Shown: positions 41,141-54,352 of the stretch, one piece after another
How positions within the stretch are numbered: the stretch's first letter is position 1
How the letters are laid out: every line of letters starts with the position of its first letter
Assembly (NCBI GenBank): GCA_016748015.1
Contig: JAAOMT010000480.1
Location: forward strand, 558,001 to 622,000
From: Geosiphon pyriformis uo1
Taxonomy: Eukaryota; Fungi; Glomeromycota
Direction: 5' to 3'
DNA length: 64,000 nt
Notes under the pieces: model-generated
Told to the model about the DNA's origin: nothing
Database searches by the model: none
The model's input: only the letters and a program-made list of their open reading frames with translations
Made by a program: the position numbers and the translations under genes

Positions 41141-41638
41141 ATGAATAGTTCATATAAAGAAGTAAGATTTCTTCCACTCAGATCAGCAAATCCTGAAACT
41201 CCGGGCATTGATCTTAATGCAAGCAGACAATCCATTTTGCTTTCTCGTCTCGAGGAGCCAAATATAGCTGAATTTCTATCATTACGTTTAAGGGAAAGAA
41301 AAGCTTCCCTCAATGAATTAATTCTCTTTCGGAACAAATTGGTGATGGAGCTACAAAGGCTTGGGCTAAATTATAAGCAGAAAGACCTCTCTTCCCTCGC
41401 TTCTAGATATTGGCAAGACCTAAATGAATATACGAAAGACAAGTATAGGACTTTGGCAGCTAGAATTGCAACGGAACATCTAAGAATTCCTTACCTTCCT
41501 CAAGAAATATTGCAATTACCAGCTTTTCATGTGACAACCTTTGATCTTTATATCTCTTACGGTATCCTTAACTTCTCGCCGATTGAAAGCGAGTTTTTGT
41601 CTCCACTAGATCTACTCATCCAGACGAGATATTTTTAA
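41141..41638 (+). CDS. Small divergent MATA-type HMG-box protein (165 aa)
   Basis: KASLNELILFRNKLVMEL..KQKDLSSLASRYWQDLNEYTKDKYRTLAARIATEH matches the HMG-box helix pattern; TATAAA at ~41088. Confidence 0.8.
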   Translation: MNSSYKEVRFLPLRSANPETPGIDLNASRQSILLSRLEEPNIAEFLSLRLRERKASLNELILFRNKLVMELQRLGLNYKQKDLSSLASRYWQDLNEYTKDKYRTLAARIATEHLRIPYLPQEILQLPAFHVTTFDLYISYGILNFSPIESEFLSPLDLLIQTRYF

Positions 41639-43479
41639 ATTTTTCAGCCTTCGATAATATTCTTTCTTTCGAAAAAGATTAAATTTTAATATGCGCTCAG
41701 TTGAATACTTTTCGTTTATCTTTTTACATTTCGTCTCGTATTTAGGTTCTGCCCTGTATTTTCTTTTTTTTAACCATTAAGCAATACTCTAATAAGTTTT
41801 TATAAATTAAGAAATAAGATCATAAATTTTCTCTGAGATCCTTTTTTAATTGCTAGAGAATAGATAATATTTAATAGCGAAACGATCATACTTGATTTTT
41901 AAAAAATCTCTCATGAGAAGTGCAAGTTTTTTAAAATCAACCTAACATTTGTGTTTAAATTCGATCATAAACCTTTTAAACTTTTGTATAAATCTTATAC
42001 TTGATGATCATATGTTCATGATCGGTATTTATTTGAAAATGCAAAATGAATTCAGAAGGCAACTTATTTATTAATATATGGTATTTATTTCCAAGATATA
42101 ACTATACTGTTTTTTTGCGATTTTATTTGTTTATAAAGAATCAAAATATTCGAAGCCATCTCCTAATATTTTGAATTTCATAATCTTTACAATAATCAAA
42201 GCTTTTTATTGAATATTTCAAGTTTTTGAAAAATAACTTTTCAGATTATTTTCTACCATTGAAATAAAATATTAAGGACTCAAAATTCTAAAACCATGAG
42301 TTGTAATTACCTAATATTTGTTTAAAAACACATGGGAACATTATAAAAACTATGTAGATATGAACAATATTGTTACAATTGAAAATTTTACATAATTAAT
42401 TATAATAATTATTTTTATTTTATATATATCATGTATCAATGACTTAATTTTTAACTTAATTATTGACCTAATTGTTGCTTTAGTTGTTAACTTCTTTTTA
42501 TTAGCTATATAAGTAAAACTTTTTAAAGCTATAAAAAAGTATTTTAATAATTTTCTTTTAATTAAAACAATAAAATTGTTAAAACTTTTCAGATCAAAGT
42601 TAATTCAAGGTTTCTTTTTCTCTTTTTGAATTTATATTTTTATCAGAATTAGCTTAACTGTTGAAAATAATTGATATTGTTATTGAATTCTAAAAAACAC
42701 CAGTATTTTTTGCTAACAATTAAAATTATTTTGTATTTAAATTAGACATTTTTAAATTTGTTTTGCATAACTTAAAAACCTATACTTAATTATTAAATAA
42801 TTCTATAAAAAATTCATAATAATTGTTATAATTTGTAAAAAAATAAAGTTTATTTTATAAAATTGTGTCCAAATTTTTGCTATACATATAAATATTGTTT
42901 AAGTATTTTATTTATTTATTAAATAAATTTGAGCTTTTTTATTTAACCTATATAATTAACATATTAATACGTATTATAAATTATATAAATCAATTTTTTT
43001 TTTTTACAATAAATTATTACTTTGATTAATAACTTAATTATTAAATTAATTTTTGTAACAATATTAAACACAAAAATAAAAGCCATCTACTTAGAAATTT
43101 TTTGCAATTATTAATTGTTTCTTAATATATAATTTTAATTATAATAATTAGTTATTGTATATATATACATAGAATTCTTTCTTTTTTATACTTTTATGAC
43201 TATAATTGAAACAAAAAGTAAAAAAATTGTAATTTCTTTATTTTTTGAAACAACTGGTAGTATTTTTACCAATAAAATGCTTGCAGCTATTAAAACTATT
43301 TAAAAACCTCAAAATATTTGATAAGAACTGGTAATAAAGTTATTTTTTTCTTTTATTTCTCTTTTTACTGCTGTTTAAATAGCTAAAAAATCCAAAATAA
43401 TCAAACAACAACTTTTTTAAATGTTAAAAAGTTATTTTTTGGTGTTTTTAGTACAAATTTTAATGGTTTAAAACCAGTT

Positions 43480-43851
43480 TTTTCTTTTATAAAAATAAAG
43501 TTTTGGTTTTATTAATTTTATATTATTTTTACCAATTATAATACTTAATTTATAGTATAATTATAAATAAAAAAATATTTTTTATATTAAATAATAACAA
43601 TAAAAACATATTGCTCTATTCTAGTTTAAATTAATTTTTAATTATATTAATTAAAACATTAAATTTTAGTTAATTTTTACCAGTTTTAAAAATAATATTA
43701 AATTATTTTATATAAAGTTTATATTTTAGTTTTTTAAATAATAATATTCAAATTTTAGTTGCTAATTTTTTTTTTTGCCATTTTTAAAATAGTTAAATTT
43801 TCTATAATATCTGTTTTTACTTCTGTTTTTAGTATTATTATATTGTATAAT
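43480..43851 (-). repeat. AT-eroded repeat copy, left part, interrupted by the LINE
   Basis: 43500-43700 aligns with 51960-52160; 43775-43850 aligns with 37845-37915 and continues at 50755 across the LINE. Confidence 0.7.
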
Positions 43852-43983
43852 TTTTTTTTTTATTTCATTTAATAAGTGAAATCCAAACACTACCTAGTGC
43901 AATACATTATTAAATGATCTAAACTAGGCATGAATTATGCTTTTTCAACACGTGACCAGCCACTCAAACCAGTCAGAACAACA

Positions 43984-46900
43984 CTATGCACTTATATAAA
44001 CAGACACCCCTTCATAAGCACCAGAAAAAAACAAACAGGACCTACGAAATCTGAAACAAATGCCAATTGCATTAGCAATCCCTAATAATTTAACAACATC
44101 TGTTGAAAGACCCATGGAAAAACCAGAAACAGAGGCAGGAATGGAGCCATTACAGAGAATTAGACCACCCTTCTTCATCACAGCCCGGTGTCTCGCACGA
44201 ACCAACCAGATTTCATCCCAGAATGCAGCACAAAACTCACTCACAAAGAACATTATGTTACAAGCGCCCACCCTGGGATCCTTAAAAATAGAAACAGATT
44301 CACAATACCAATCATTGAAAATGAATCCTTTACATAGTGTCACCCCAACCACACAATTTGAAGCACAAGTGGACAGTAACTGTGAAACGCACAAAGAAGA
44401 ATGAGATAAACCAGAGTGTGTCTCCCAAGCAGTCACATAAGTGTTCATCAAACGCTTACGGCCAACAACATCAAAGAAGCAGAAAAAAACATGATCAGAA
44501 ACCTCAACATCACCACAGAATAAGCACACTACACTGGAGTAATGCCTATCATATAGACGCTTACACATGGCGACAGAAAGTTGATAATGCAGAGTCTTCA
44601 TGAAATAAGTCCAAAAGCCAGCAGTATGCAAACTAGTGAAGTCAGCAGCCATGTAGAAATCCAGATGCCACACCAAAGCAGATCTGGCCCAATCAACATT
44701 ATCTCGTAAACTATTCACCAAAACTCGGGAACCGGATCCAACCTCTCAACGCACCTGATGAATTAACCAGAAAATATCACAAACAAAATGTCTTGAATTA
44801 CCAGAAACAACAGAGTTATCAGCCCTTAAAAAACGTTCATCAACCCTGTGCGGCAGCCAACAAGAAGATGAGGCAGTGACCTCTGCAAGTGAGTTAGCAC
44901 ACTCGTTGCCAGAAACACCTGAATGACCTTTTACTTTGATTCAATTCACATCCAAATTTTTATCATGAATGACATTAGTAATGTGGTGGCACTCAATCCA
45001 ATAACAATTCTTAAAGTCTGGCTGAGTCAGTAGGGATTTGGATTTGCATGCATCCAAAACAGCCTGGCTGTCCAAAAACAAATCCACCAAATGATAAGAG
45101 GAAACACACTCGAGAGCCAAAGCAATAGTCTGCAACTCCATAAGCATAGAAGAAACCAAACCAGACACCTTCACACCCAACTCCGCATCAATGTTCTCAA
45201 AGAAAACAGCAGCACCAGCCTTCATTCCAACAGTATCCAAACTACTTAGAGACCCATCCGTATATACAGAGAGGCGAGCAGCAGCATCAACGTCCACCAA
45301 ATTGTCACAAACAATGCCAAAATTACAAGAAAGACGAATATCAGGATAAGTGTGATCACCCACAAGGAGGGAGCACACAGAAAAAGGAACAACACTACCA
45401 AGAAACTGAACAGAAATATCAAACCAAACAGGAACCAGGCCACGGGGATCCAGTCTCTTCCAATGTTTGAAGGTCTTCCAACTGAAAGCAACACCATGTT
45501 TGTCACGAAGCTGTTCCACAAAAGCAACATCATAGCGCTTGAGCAAAGGAACACATTTGAGAAATCTTGACTCATCTAGAACAACAGACATAGGAGTGCC
45601 ACCCCGGAGATGAAAAGTGCTGGTCAAAGAGATGCCTAAAAACAAATCACACCCAGAAAAAATATGCACTACACCTGACAGAAAGTTGTTTGAAAGACTA
45701 ACATAAACATGAACTGAAAACAGCAAAGGGTAACAGAGATGCCAATTGAGAGCCTAAAGATCATGAGACCTGTAAGAAAACAAATGACCCAAAATACCAA
45801 CTGAATTTGCAAAAGCCAAAACAGTAGCCAATTTACTCTCAGCTTGGATCTGTTCAAAAGTTTTAAAATTGTACAAAGAAGGATGATAAATTGTATCATT
45901 GGGGAAGTCAAGTGGTAGCCCAGACTTAGACTTCAAGCACCTGTGAACCATAGAATCCCACTTATTACACACATTAACAGGAATAAAACTGAACTGAGTT
46001 CTATAGCTGATGATAGGCAAAAAAACTGCAGAAGCCAAATATGTGAATTGTTTGTCTGAGATCGTCTTTCTCAAAACAAGATTAACAAAAAACCAAATGT
46101 CCAAGTGAGCTTTAGCTAGACTAGGCTTCAAAAGACCTTCAAAAAACAAAAAAATATCCAGATATTGATGAGGTTCACCCTTTTTGGCAATAGAGATAGG
46201 CGAGCCACTGATAGTCAAAGAAGGATTCGCAATCTGGCTGTTGATAGAAATGGCTACAGTCTTGTCATTGTTAATTGAGATGTCATTAATCCTAAAAAAT
46301 TTACTAGCAACATTGAGGATGTACTGCATTACAGCCTGGCTACTACCAACCCAGATAGTATTATCGACAAAAGCACTAGCAGTCAAGAATGATGTCAGCT
46401 TGGCTTGAGGCTCCACCCGGCCAGTTTTGGAAATAAAATGAGAGTCCAACCTGTAACTACACACACTTTCCTGTTGTTTGACTTCACACAAGAGTGAGTT
46501 GTAAAATATGTGCCAAAGAAGCGGCGAAAAAACTTTTCCTTGGTCCAGACCATCGTAAACACGGTAACCATCAGTCAAGCTAAAATCTGTTATCATCCTG
46601 TTGGTGCGACCATTGTGAATGTCATCAAAAAATCTAATAAACCTGCCACACATCTTAATCCTAACCAAACTCCTTCTGAGATACACCCAGCCAACAGAAT
46701 CATACGCTTTTTGTATATCTTGCAAAACCAGCCACAGTTCTCAGCCCTTTTCCAATGTATCTTCTACTACAGAACCAACAGCAAAAATAGGCAATTGTGT
46801 CATTATACCCTTTAATACAAAGAAATTGTCCCCATGCAGAACATCAAACCTGCTGCAGGCCAAGAAAATTCTGTTTGACAGAACCTTGGAAAGAATCTTG

Positions 46901-48680
46901 TGGGCTGTTTCAATCAATGCAATAAGATGGGTATTCGTGAGAATGCCCTCCCATTCATATGGTTTAGGAATTATTGACACCCAAACTTCCTTCCAAGATC
47001 CAGGTACAGATTCATGTTCCAAACAAAAATTCAGCAATAACAAAAGCATATCCAAAACCATTTTATCATAATGTTTCTACAACTTATTGGAGATACCAAA
47101 AAGACCAGCCGCCTTATTATCAGGCAAATTAGAGACAATGGTAAACAGCTCATCAAAACCAATTGAACACATTACTTCAGAGAAGGCATCATAAAAGACA
47201 TAGTCTAAAGGCTGAAATTGGCACACCCAGTCAACAGAAATATCCTGCACTACCACATACTTCCTAGTCCATCCTTCCATGATCTTATCGACTTTAAATT
47301 TAACCAAATCTGGCTTTAAGACCAACTCTTCATCTGCGACCAAGTGATCCAGTACCACTTTATGGAAAGGATGCTTCAGAACACTTCTAATGGTGCGCTC
47401 CTTGTCCACTTCAAAACTCTCCATCCTCTTCTCAATAGTCTACCTAATATGAGATTCCTCAACGCGCTTAGACTCCATCATTTTTAAAGAGTGGTAAATT
47501 TTTCTTGCCTTAGCCAGTTCAGAGCAAATAGCATTAAAACCAGAACCCAAAAGAAAGAGAGATTTCACTGTTGAGACACCAACCAAGTCAAGCCTGTCCT
47601 ATGTATCCAACAAGGAAGCAAAATTCCCACCAAGATTCAGATAAGAGGCCTTAACCAACTTAGACACAAGCAGTTCTAGTCTATGAAACTTAGAAGAAAC
47701 CTTATTGAAAACACTACTATAACCCTTGAACCATTTTTTTTTGAATGTCCTACCAGCTGAGAGAATTAATATCCTGCGAACAACATCCCATATTGCATCC
47801 TTATCCGAAAACTTCATAGCCACAACAAATGTGTCTAAAAGCATAGAAGCATTAGCAGCTGTAGCATTCTTAAACTCCAACCACTTCCCTTCACTGGTAT
47901 TTTTGACATCAAACTTCCAACAATCTTTATTAGCCTGTTTGCATAGTGACAGCAGCTGTACATCCAACAAACCACTCAGACCCACAGAAACAAAAACAGC
48001 TCTATGATCAGTATCAAAAAATTCTTCAACACCCACCACACCATAATTCACAATTGCATTCACTAAACTAGAGAAAACCAGCATGTAATCAATCGTTTTG
48101 GCAACACCACAAGAATTGCACCACATTGGTGACTTCACAAAAACGCTTCCACTCAGAGAGTTGACCAGACTCAAATCAAAACACTTCCTAAAACTGGCAC
48201 ATTTATGAGATCCATCTTCATTGAAATTGCCACCAAGAATGACAAAATAAGTTTCATTTACAGCTTTGGCAATGAGAAAATTGATATCACTAGTCTGAGA
48301 AAACTGAACTACTGAAGACACACCAGCATACAGCCCCAGAATAGACACAAAAAGTTTATTCCCAAAGAGCAGCCTTAATGACAACAGCTGACCAGGTACC
48401 TCTGAAATCTTGCACACATGCTTCGCCAAAGAAGAGTCCATAATTATTGCAACACCAGAACCCATGTTATCAGAATCCAGACCAGAAGTAAAAACACGAA
48501 CACCATCGAACTTATTGGCAATCCATGGACAAACCATGCCTCTTAACTTTGTCTTAGTAACAATAGATACCAGATTGTTCATATCTTTATGTCAACATAC
48601 AATGTCTGTCTACTTTACACAATTGTTCATACCTCTAACATTACATGTGGCAATTTTCCAAATTAAATGAGTTATTGAGA
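43984..48680 (-). pseudogene. LINE ORF2 (APE endonuclease, RT, RNase H, C-terminal zinc finger)
   Basis: WKIATCNVRGMN, TKTKL, GGNFN, TIDY, TDH; QDIQKAYDSV, GLDQGKVFSP, FVDN; VYTDGS, LDSQA, KGHSGVSGNECANSLA; CLFCGDVEVSDHVFFC. Confidence 0.9.
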
Positions 48681-50618
48681 AGACAGAGGAACTGACAAAC
48701 CCAAACCAGAGCACAGAACATTTAACTTATCCAAAACTGAACCAACCAAGGCCTCCAAAGCAATCAATTTTGTTTCCAAACCACCCATTTTGGCAGTGAG
48801 AACTTTGGAACTACTAGAGTTGAGCTCAACAACAGCATTATGAATGATAGAGAGAGGAGTACCAGACGAGACCAAAGCAGTATCCACAATTATATCAGAA
48901 TCTACATCAGAAGTTAAAGTCTCAGAAACAGCAGAAAGAGAGCTCAGAGAAGGGTTCACCACAGAAACCAAACCAATGGATTCCAGTCAAACCAAAATGC
49001 CAGAAACGTAGTCAGTCAAAAACTTCAAAGAGCACTCCAAAATTGCCAGCCAACCATTCAAATGAAAAATAGTAGGAGAATCAGTAGCCATTGAAGGAGA
49101 AACCAAATCAGAATGCAAACCAGCACCAACCAAACCAGAGGGAACCACACAAAAAAAAGAGCCACCAGCGACTTGAGCCCATGTTTTACCACCAAATAAG
49201 ACTGGACAAGCAATAGAAGCTGATTTTTTCTTATATATCCCAGCCAAATAAACCTGATCTTGATCAGAAACCACCCTCTTCTCATGAACACCAGAATTCT
49301 CACCCAAAGAACAGTTAATTATAACATAACTGTATTGTTTACAATGAGTACAACTGGCCAAAGAAAGACCAGCCCAATACAAACTTACACCCTTGAAAAC
49401 TAGAACAGTACCAATAGCAGCCAACTTGGACGTCTTATCACCAAAACAAATTACAGCACATCTATCACAAACATATGAATTAAGATTATGGCCAATGAAA
49501 CAAGTCTTCCCACCATATGATTTCAACAAACTGGAAAGATCATGGACATTGGTGCCAACTGGAAGAATATAAAGCAAAGCCCAATGTTGATCTTTTAATA
49601 TCCACACTTGTTTATCACTGACTGCCAAAGCCACACACACTGAATCTTTTCCTATGAGGACTGACCATTTGGAAGCAATCAGACTAGCTACTTCAGATGA
49701 TTCAAATTCAACCAGGGCCTTTTGTCAAAGACCAATCAGCTGCATTTTGATTAAAACAATCTTGCCAAATTTGGAAAAAAATGACTCCACTGCCAATTTG
49801 AGAAGATCCACTGGGATCTCCTTGACTATCACTTTCCAATCTGAACGGATGCCCATTTTTCTCAGATTATCATTGACTAAAATTTTCTCACCAATTGCCA
49901 TATTCCTAGCCTTATTCAAACTAATTTCAGATGTAAAGAAAAATTTGATGATCCCTGGGAATTTCGAGGGAGTTGAGGCTCCCCCAAATCTATCAACGCA
50001 ATAAAAAATTTTTTTCAAACTGATCAATTTATCATTATTGGTTTTGCCAGGAATGGCAGAAAGTTTAATATCAAGAGCAAAAGATTTTGTTGAATTAAAG
50101 CTTTTTTTCTTTGGGGCATGTGACATGAGCGGCGGCAATTGATTGGAACCACTAAGCATGTGAGGAGAGAGCTCCAGTGCACTATCATCATCATTCACAT
50201 TGTTGAAGAGAGGTTGCTTTATTGGGTTGCCCAGAGCATACATCCTGGTGTATGTTTTCCTCAGCGTAGCTTTGTCTATGTCATTGTTCTTACCAGATTC
50301 TGCGTAGTTTGTTTCTTCAGTAACCAAGTTTGTCATATTTTCCACATTTGAAAGACCACTTACACTGCTTATCACACTACTAACATTGCTACCCCAGGAC
50401 ACCGCAGATTTGGCACCAGCTTCACCTAAATCTTCCAAGCTAAGAGGGCCAGCAGACGTATTGATCACACCACCGACAGCAGCAGACTTCTTAAGTTTCT
50501 TGTAGGATGCATCACACAAGTGAGCACTTGCCAAACATTTAGATTTAACACCAGAACGGGTTCCCAAACCTACAGAAACAGAACCTGAACTATCAGCAGA
50601 AGAACCTGTTGGTTCCAT
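48672..50618 (-). pseudogene. LINE ORF1 (RRM-like region + degenerate CCHC knuckle)
   Basis: MEPTGSSADSSGS start; VIVKEIPVDL..FSKFGKIV; CTHCKQYSYVIINC; ends LSSQ*; internal stops. Confidence 0.85.
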
Positions 50619-50754
50619 ATTAACAAAAAGGGATATACTGAGAGAAATAACTTTAAGACAAAAGGGAAAAAAGAAAAGAAAGAAAGCTATTCTATCAATT
50701 TACTTTTTGCTCTTGCTATGGTCAGAGGATCAACGAGAGAAAGAGTTTTTTTTT

Positions 50755-53700
50755 TTGTATAATATTCTTTTTATAATTTTTATAAATAATATAAAAACTG
50801 TTTTAAGTATTTTTAATAAAATTTTTAAAATAATTTAATATCTGTGAATTAATAATAATATTGTGTATTTTAAGTTTTATAAATTGCTAAAACTGTTTTT
50901 ATTTATTATTAATTTTGAATATAAAAAATAATATTAAAGTTTAAATTAATAAAACTTTTTTTATTTTTTAGTTTTTTAATTTTTTTAAATTAATTTAAAT
51001 ATTATTATTATTATTATTATTGTTATTAAGATTAATATTATAAGAAAAAGTTATATTTGATATTAAAATTGAATTTTTTGGCTTTTATTATAAAATATTT
51101 TTATTTTTTTTAAAAAATCTTTATTTAAATCTATTTTTAGTTCAAATTTTCAAATTTTATTTTGTTTTTGGTTTTTTTACTTGTTATTAACTTTATTATT
51201 TTTGTAATTAGTTTTAAATTGGCTTTTTTAAAAGCTAAATTAATTAAATTAATATTGTTTATTAAATTTATTATTAAACTTATTAATGTTTTGGATTTTT
51301 AAGTTATAAATTAATTAAAGTTTTTTTATAAACAAATATTAAAAAATATTAGTATTTTTATTAATAATTTCAATAAAGATATTGTTAACTTTAAAATAAA
51401 ATATAATATAAATAATTTTTTTAATAATAATATAATTAATAAAAAAATTTTATTAAGATATTAATACTTTAAAAGTTGCAAACTTTAAATATTAAATTTA
51501 ATATAAATAAAATATTATATAATGATTAATTAATTTGGTTTTTATTAATGATAAATTAGTTATAATTATATAAAAAATAGTGTTTTTATATAAGTTTTTT
51601 TGTAAATTTAATATAATTTAGTCTTAACTAAATTTATGTTTAGTTGTATATTTTTTATTTTTTAAAGCAATATTTTTATTAATAAAACACTTATAGTTAT
51701 AAAAATTTTTAATAATACTTTGTAAAAAAAAATTTTTAAAATTAAATTAATTTTTTGCTAATTTAAAAGCATCTTTTTTATTTTTGGTTAAAATATTTTT
51801 TTTTCAAAGTTTTTTTAAAAAAGTCTATTTAGAGTAGTTTTAATATAATTTTTATTATCTTAAAATTTTTGATAAAAAGTTAATAAATAAATTTTTTATT
51901 TTTATTTTTAATATAAGTTTTTTTTTTAAAGCCAGTTTGGATTTCTTTTGTTTTTTTTAATATTTTTATTAGTTTTATATTACTTATACTAATTATAATA
52001 TTTAGTTTTATTATAATTATAAATAAAAAAATCTTTTATTTTAAATAATAACAATAAAAGTATATTGATTAATTTTAATTTGAATAAATTTCTAACTGTT
52101 TTATTTAATATGTTAAGTTTTAATCAATTTTTGTTAATTCTAAAAACAAAATAAATTATGATTTTATATATGTTTTTAACTAATTAACTTATTAAATTAT
52201 TTAATCTTAAAAATTAAACTGATTAAATAAAAACCAAATTTTTTTTTCTGTTTTTTAATAATACTTAAAAATAATTATAATTTATTAAAAATTTATTAAA
52301 TAAGTAGTTTTAAATTTAATGTTTAAAAATATTATTAAAATTAAATTAACTTATTAAAATTTTATTTTATTTTTATATAGTTTTTTTTAAATTGAATTTA
52401 ACTTTTAAGAACAATATTAAGCTCTTTTATTTAAAATTTGAATTTTAGATTTTCTTAAATATTGTTGTGTAAATTAAACTTGCTAAATTTTTCTCTTTAT
52501 TTATTTTTAAGATTATAAAGTTTTCTATAATATTTAATAATTTTTTATTTTTTTCTGTTATTGTTTTTTATAATGGTTCTTTTGATTTTATTTTTAATAA
52601 TATTAAAACTGTTTTAAATATTTTTTGTAAAGTTGTTTTTGTTAAGTTAAAACTTATTAACTTGTAATAATATATAATTGTTTATTTTTTAATATTAATA
52701 TTGCTTTTATTTACTAGTTTGTATTAAGAAAAAAAATAATGTTAAATTTTTTTTAGCTAATTAAAAAAGTTATTGTTTTTAAAATATTTTTAAAACCGAA
52801 TTGGTCAATTTTTTTTTGGTTACATAGTTTTTGAAATTAGTAAGTTGGTTTTTATTATATTTGTTTTATTTTTTATTTTTTAAATTTTTTCAATAATAAC
52901 AGTATATAATTGTTATTTTTTATTTTTAAGATAATTTAAATCTTATAATTATTAGAGTTAATATTTTAAAAAAGTATTATATTTAATAAAAAATTTTTAA
53001 TTATTAATAATACTTTAAATATTAAAATTTAAATTATTTAATTTTAGTTTATATGATTTTTTTACTTGTTTTTTCTAAATTTTTATTTAAGTTTATAATT
53101 AGCTTTATGGTTTTTAAATTTATTTTATTAGTATTAAGTTTTTTATTAATTTTTTTGTTAATATGTTTTTGTTTGTTTTTATTATTGCTATTATTGTAAA
53201 TTTAATAATTGGTTTTAATTTGACTTTTTTAAAATTTATATTAATTGTATTAGTTTTATTAATTAAATTTATTATTAAGTTTATTGGTGTTTTAATTGTT
53301 TTAATTGCTAAGTTAATTAGTGTTTTTTTTATAAAAACCAAATTTAATGTAAAAATTTTTATAATTAACAAAAATATTAATGTTTTTGATTATATAATTA
53401 ATAATTTGTACAAAAAATAATAAATCTTAAAGTAAAATATAAATTGAATTTTTTGCTAAAAAATAATATTGGACTTTTTTGTAAATAAAAAACTTTAGTA
53501 GATTAATAATATTTTAAGAGTTTTAAATTTCTAAAATCAAATTTAAAACAAATAATATTGTTTTATAGTTGGTTAAATTTGTTTTTTTAGTAATAATTTA
53601 ATTGTAATTTTACATAAAAATAATTTTTAAATAATTTTTTTTTAAATTCAACTTAATTTAGTTTGAACTAGTTTAAATAATTAATTATATATAAAAAATA
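50755..53700 (-). repeat. Right part of the interrupted relic copy (50755-51650) plus a further tandem copy (~51900-53700)
   Basis: 50760-50900 continues the alignment with 37910-38070; 52500-53050 aligns with 36240-36750 and 37845-38400. Confidence 0.7.
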
Positions 53701-54352
53701 TATAAATTGTGACGATTTGTAAGATTTTTAAATTTTATATTATAATTAGCAATTAGATTATATTTTGTTAAAACATAATAAAAAAAACTTTATATTTTAA
53801 ATAAAATAGAAAAAATTTTGTTTTTTTGATTATTTAAACAATACAATAAAAGATTAAAACAAAAAACAATAGCTTAATTATTAGTTTTTGGTTAAAAATT
53901 CTTGGATTTTAATATTAATAATAATAATAACATTAAAATTATTTCTAATAAACTTTTTGTTTAAAATATTTTTAATAACAACAACAATAAAAAATAACAA
54001 AAATTTAAATATAAAATATTATAAATTTTAATTTTAAATAGTTAAATAATTTTAGATATATTTGTATTATTATTTTTACCAAAATTTTTGTAATTAATAT
54101 TAACTAAAATATAAATATATTGTAAATATTATAAAAATTAAAAATTTTTAATTATTTAATCAAAAATTATTTTAGAGTTTTTAAAAATAAAATAATTAAT
54201 ATACTTGTTAATAATACAAAAAAAAATTTTTCTCTTGTCGATCCCTTCACCATACTGAAAGTGAAAGATAATTTTGAAGAAATTGCTTTTTCTTTTCCCT
54301 CTCTCCTCAATCTCTGTTAACTATTTCTTCTAACTTACCTTTATTTGTTGTG

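Larger units (their letters stand above)
43852..50754 (-). mobile_element. Full-length non-LTR retrotransposon (LINE; ORF1 + APE-RT-RNase H-CCHC ORF2), degenerate
   Basis: Poly(A) tail at 43852-43861; TSD TTGTATAAT at 43843-43851 and 50755-50763; ~6.9 kb; colinear with the copy at 54218-61116. Confidence 0.95.

Noticed and set aside
26919-41638. Mating-type (sexM/sexP) locus
   Set aside because: No flanking triose-phosphate transporter or RNA helicase, no homeodomain pair; HMG genes are abundant in this lineage
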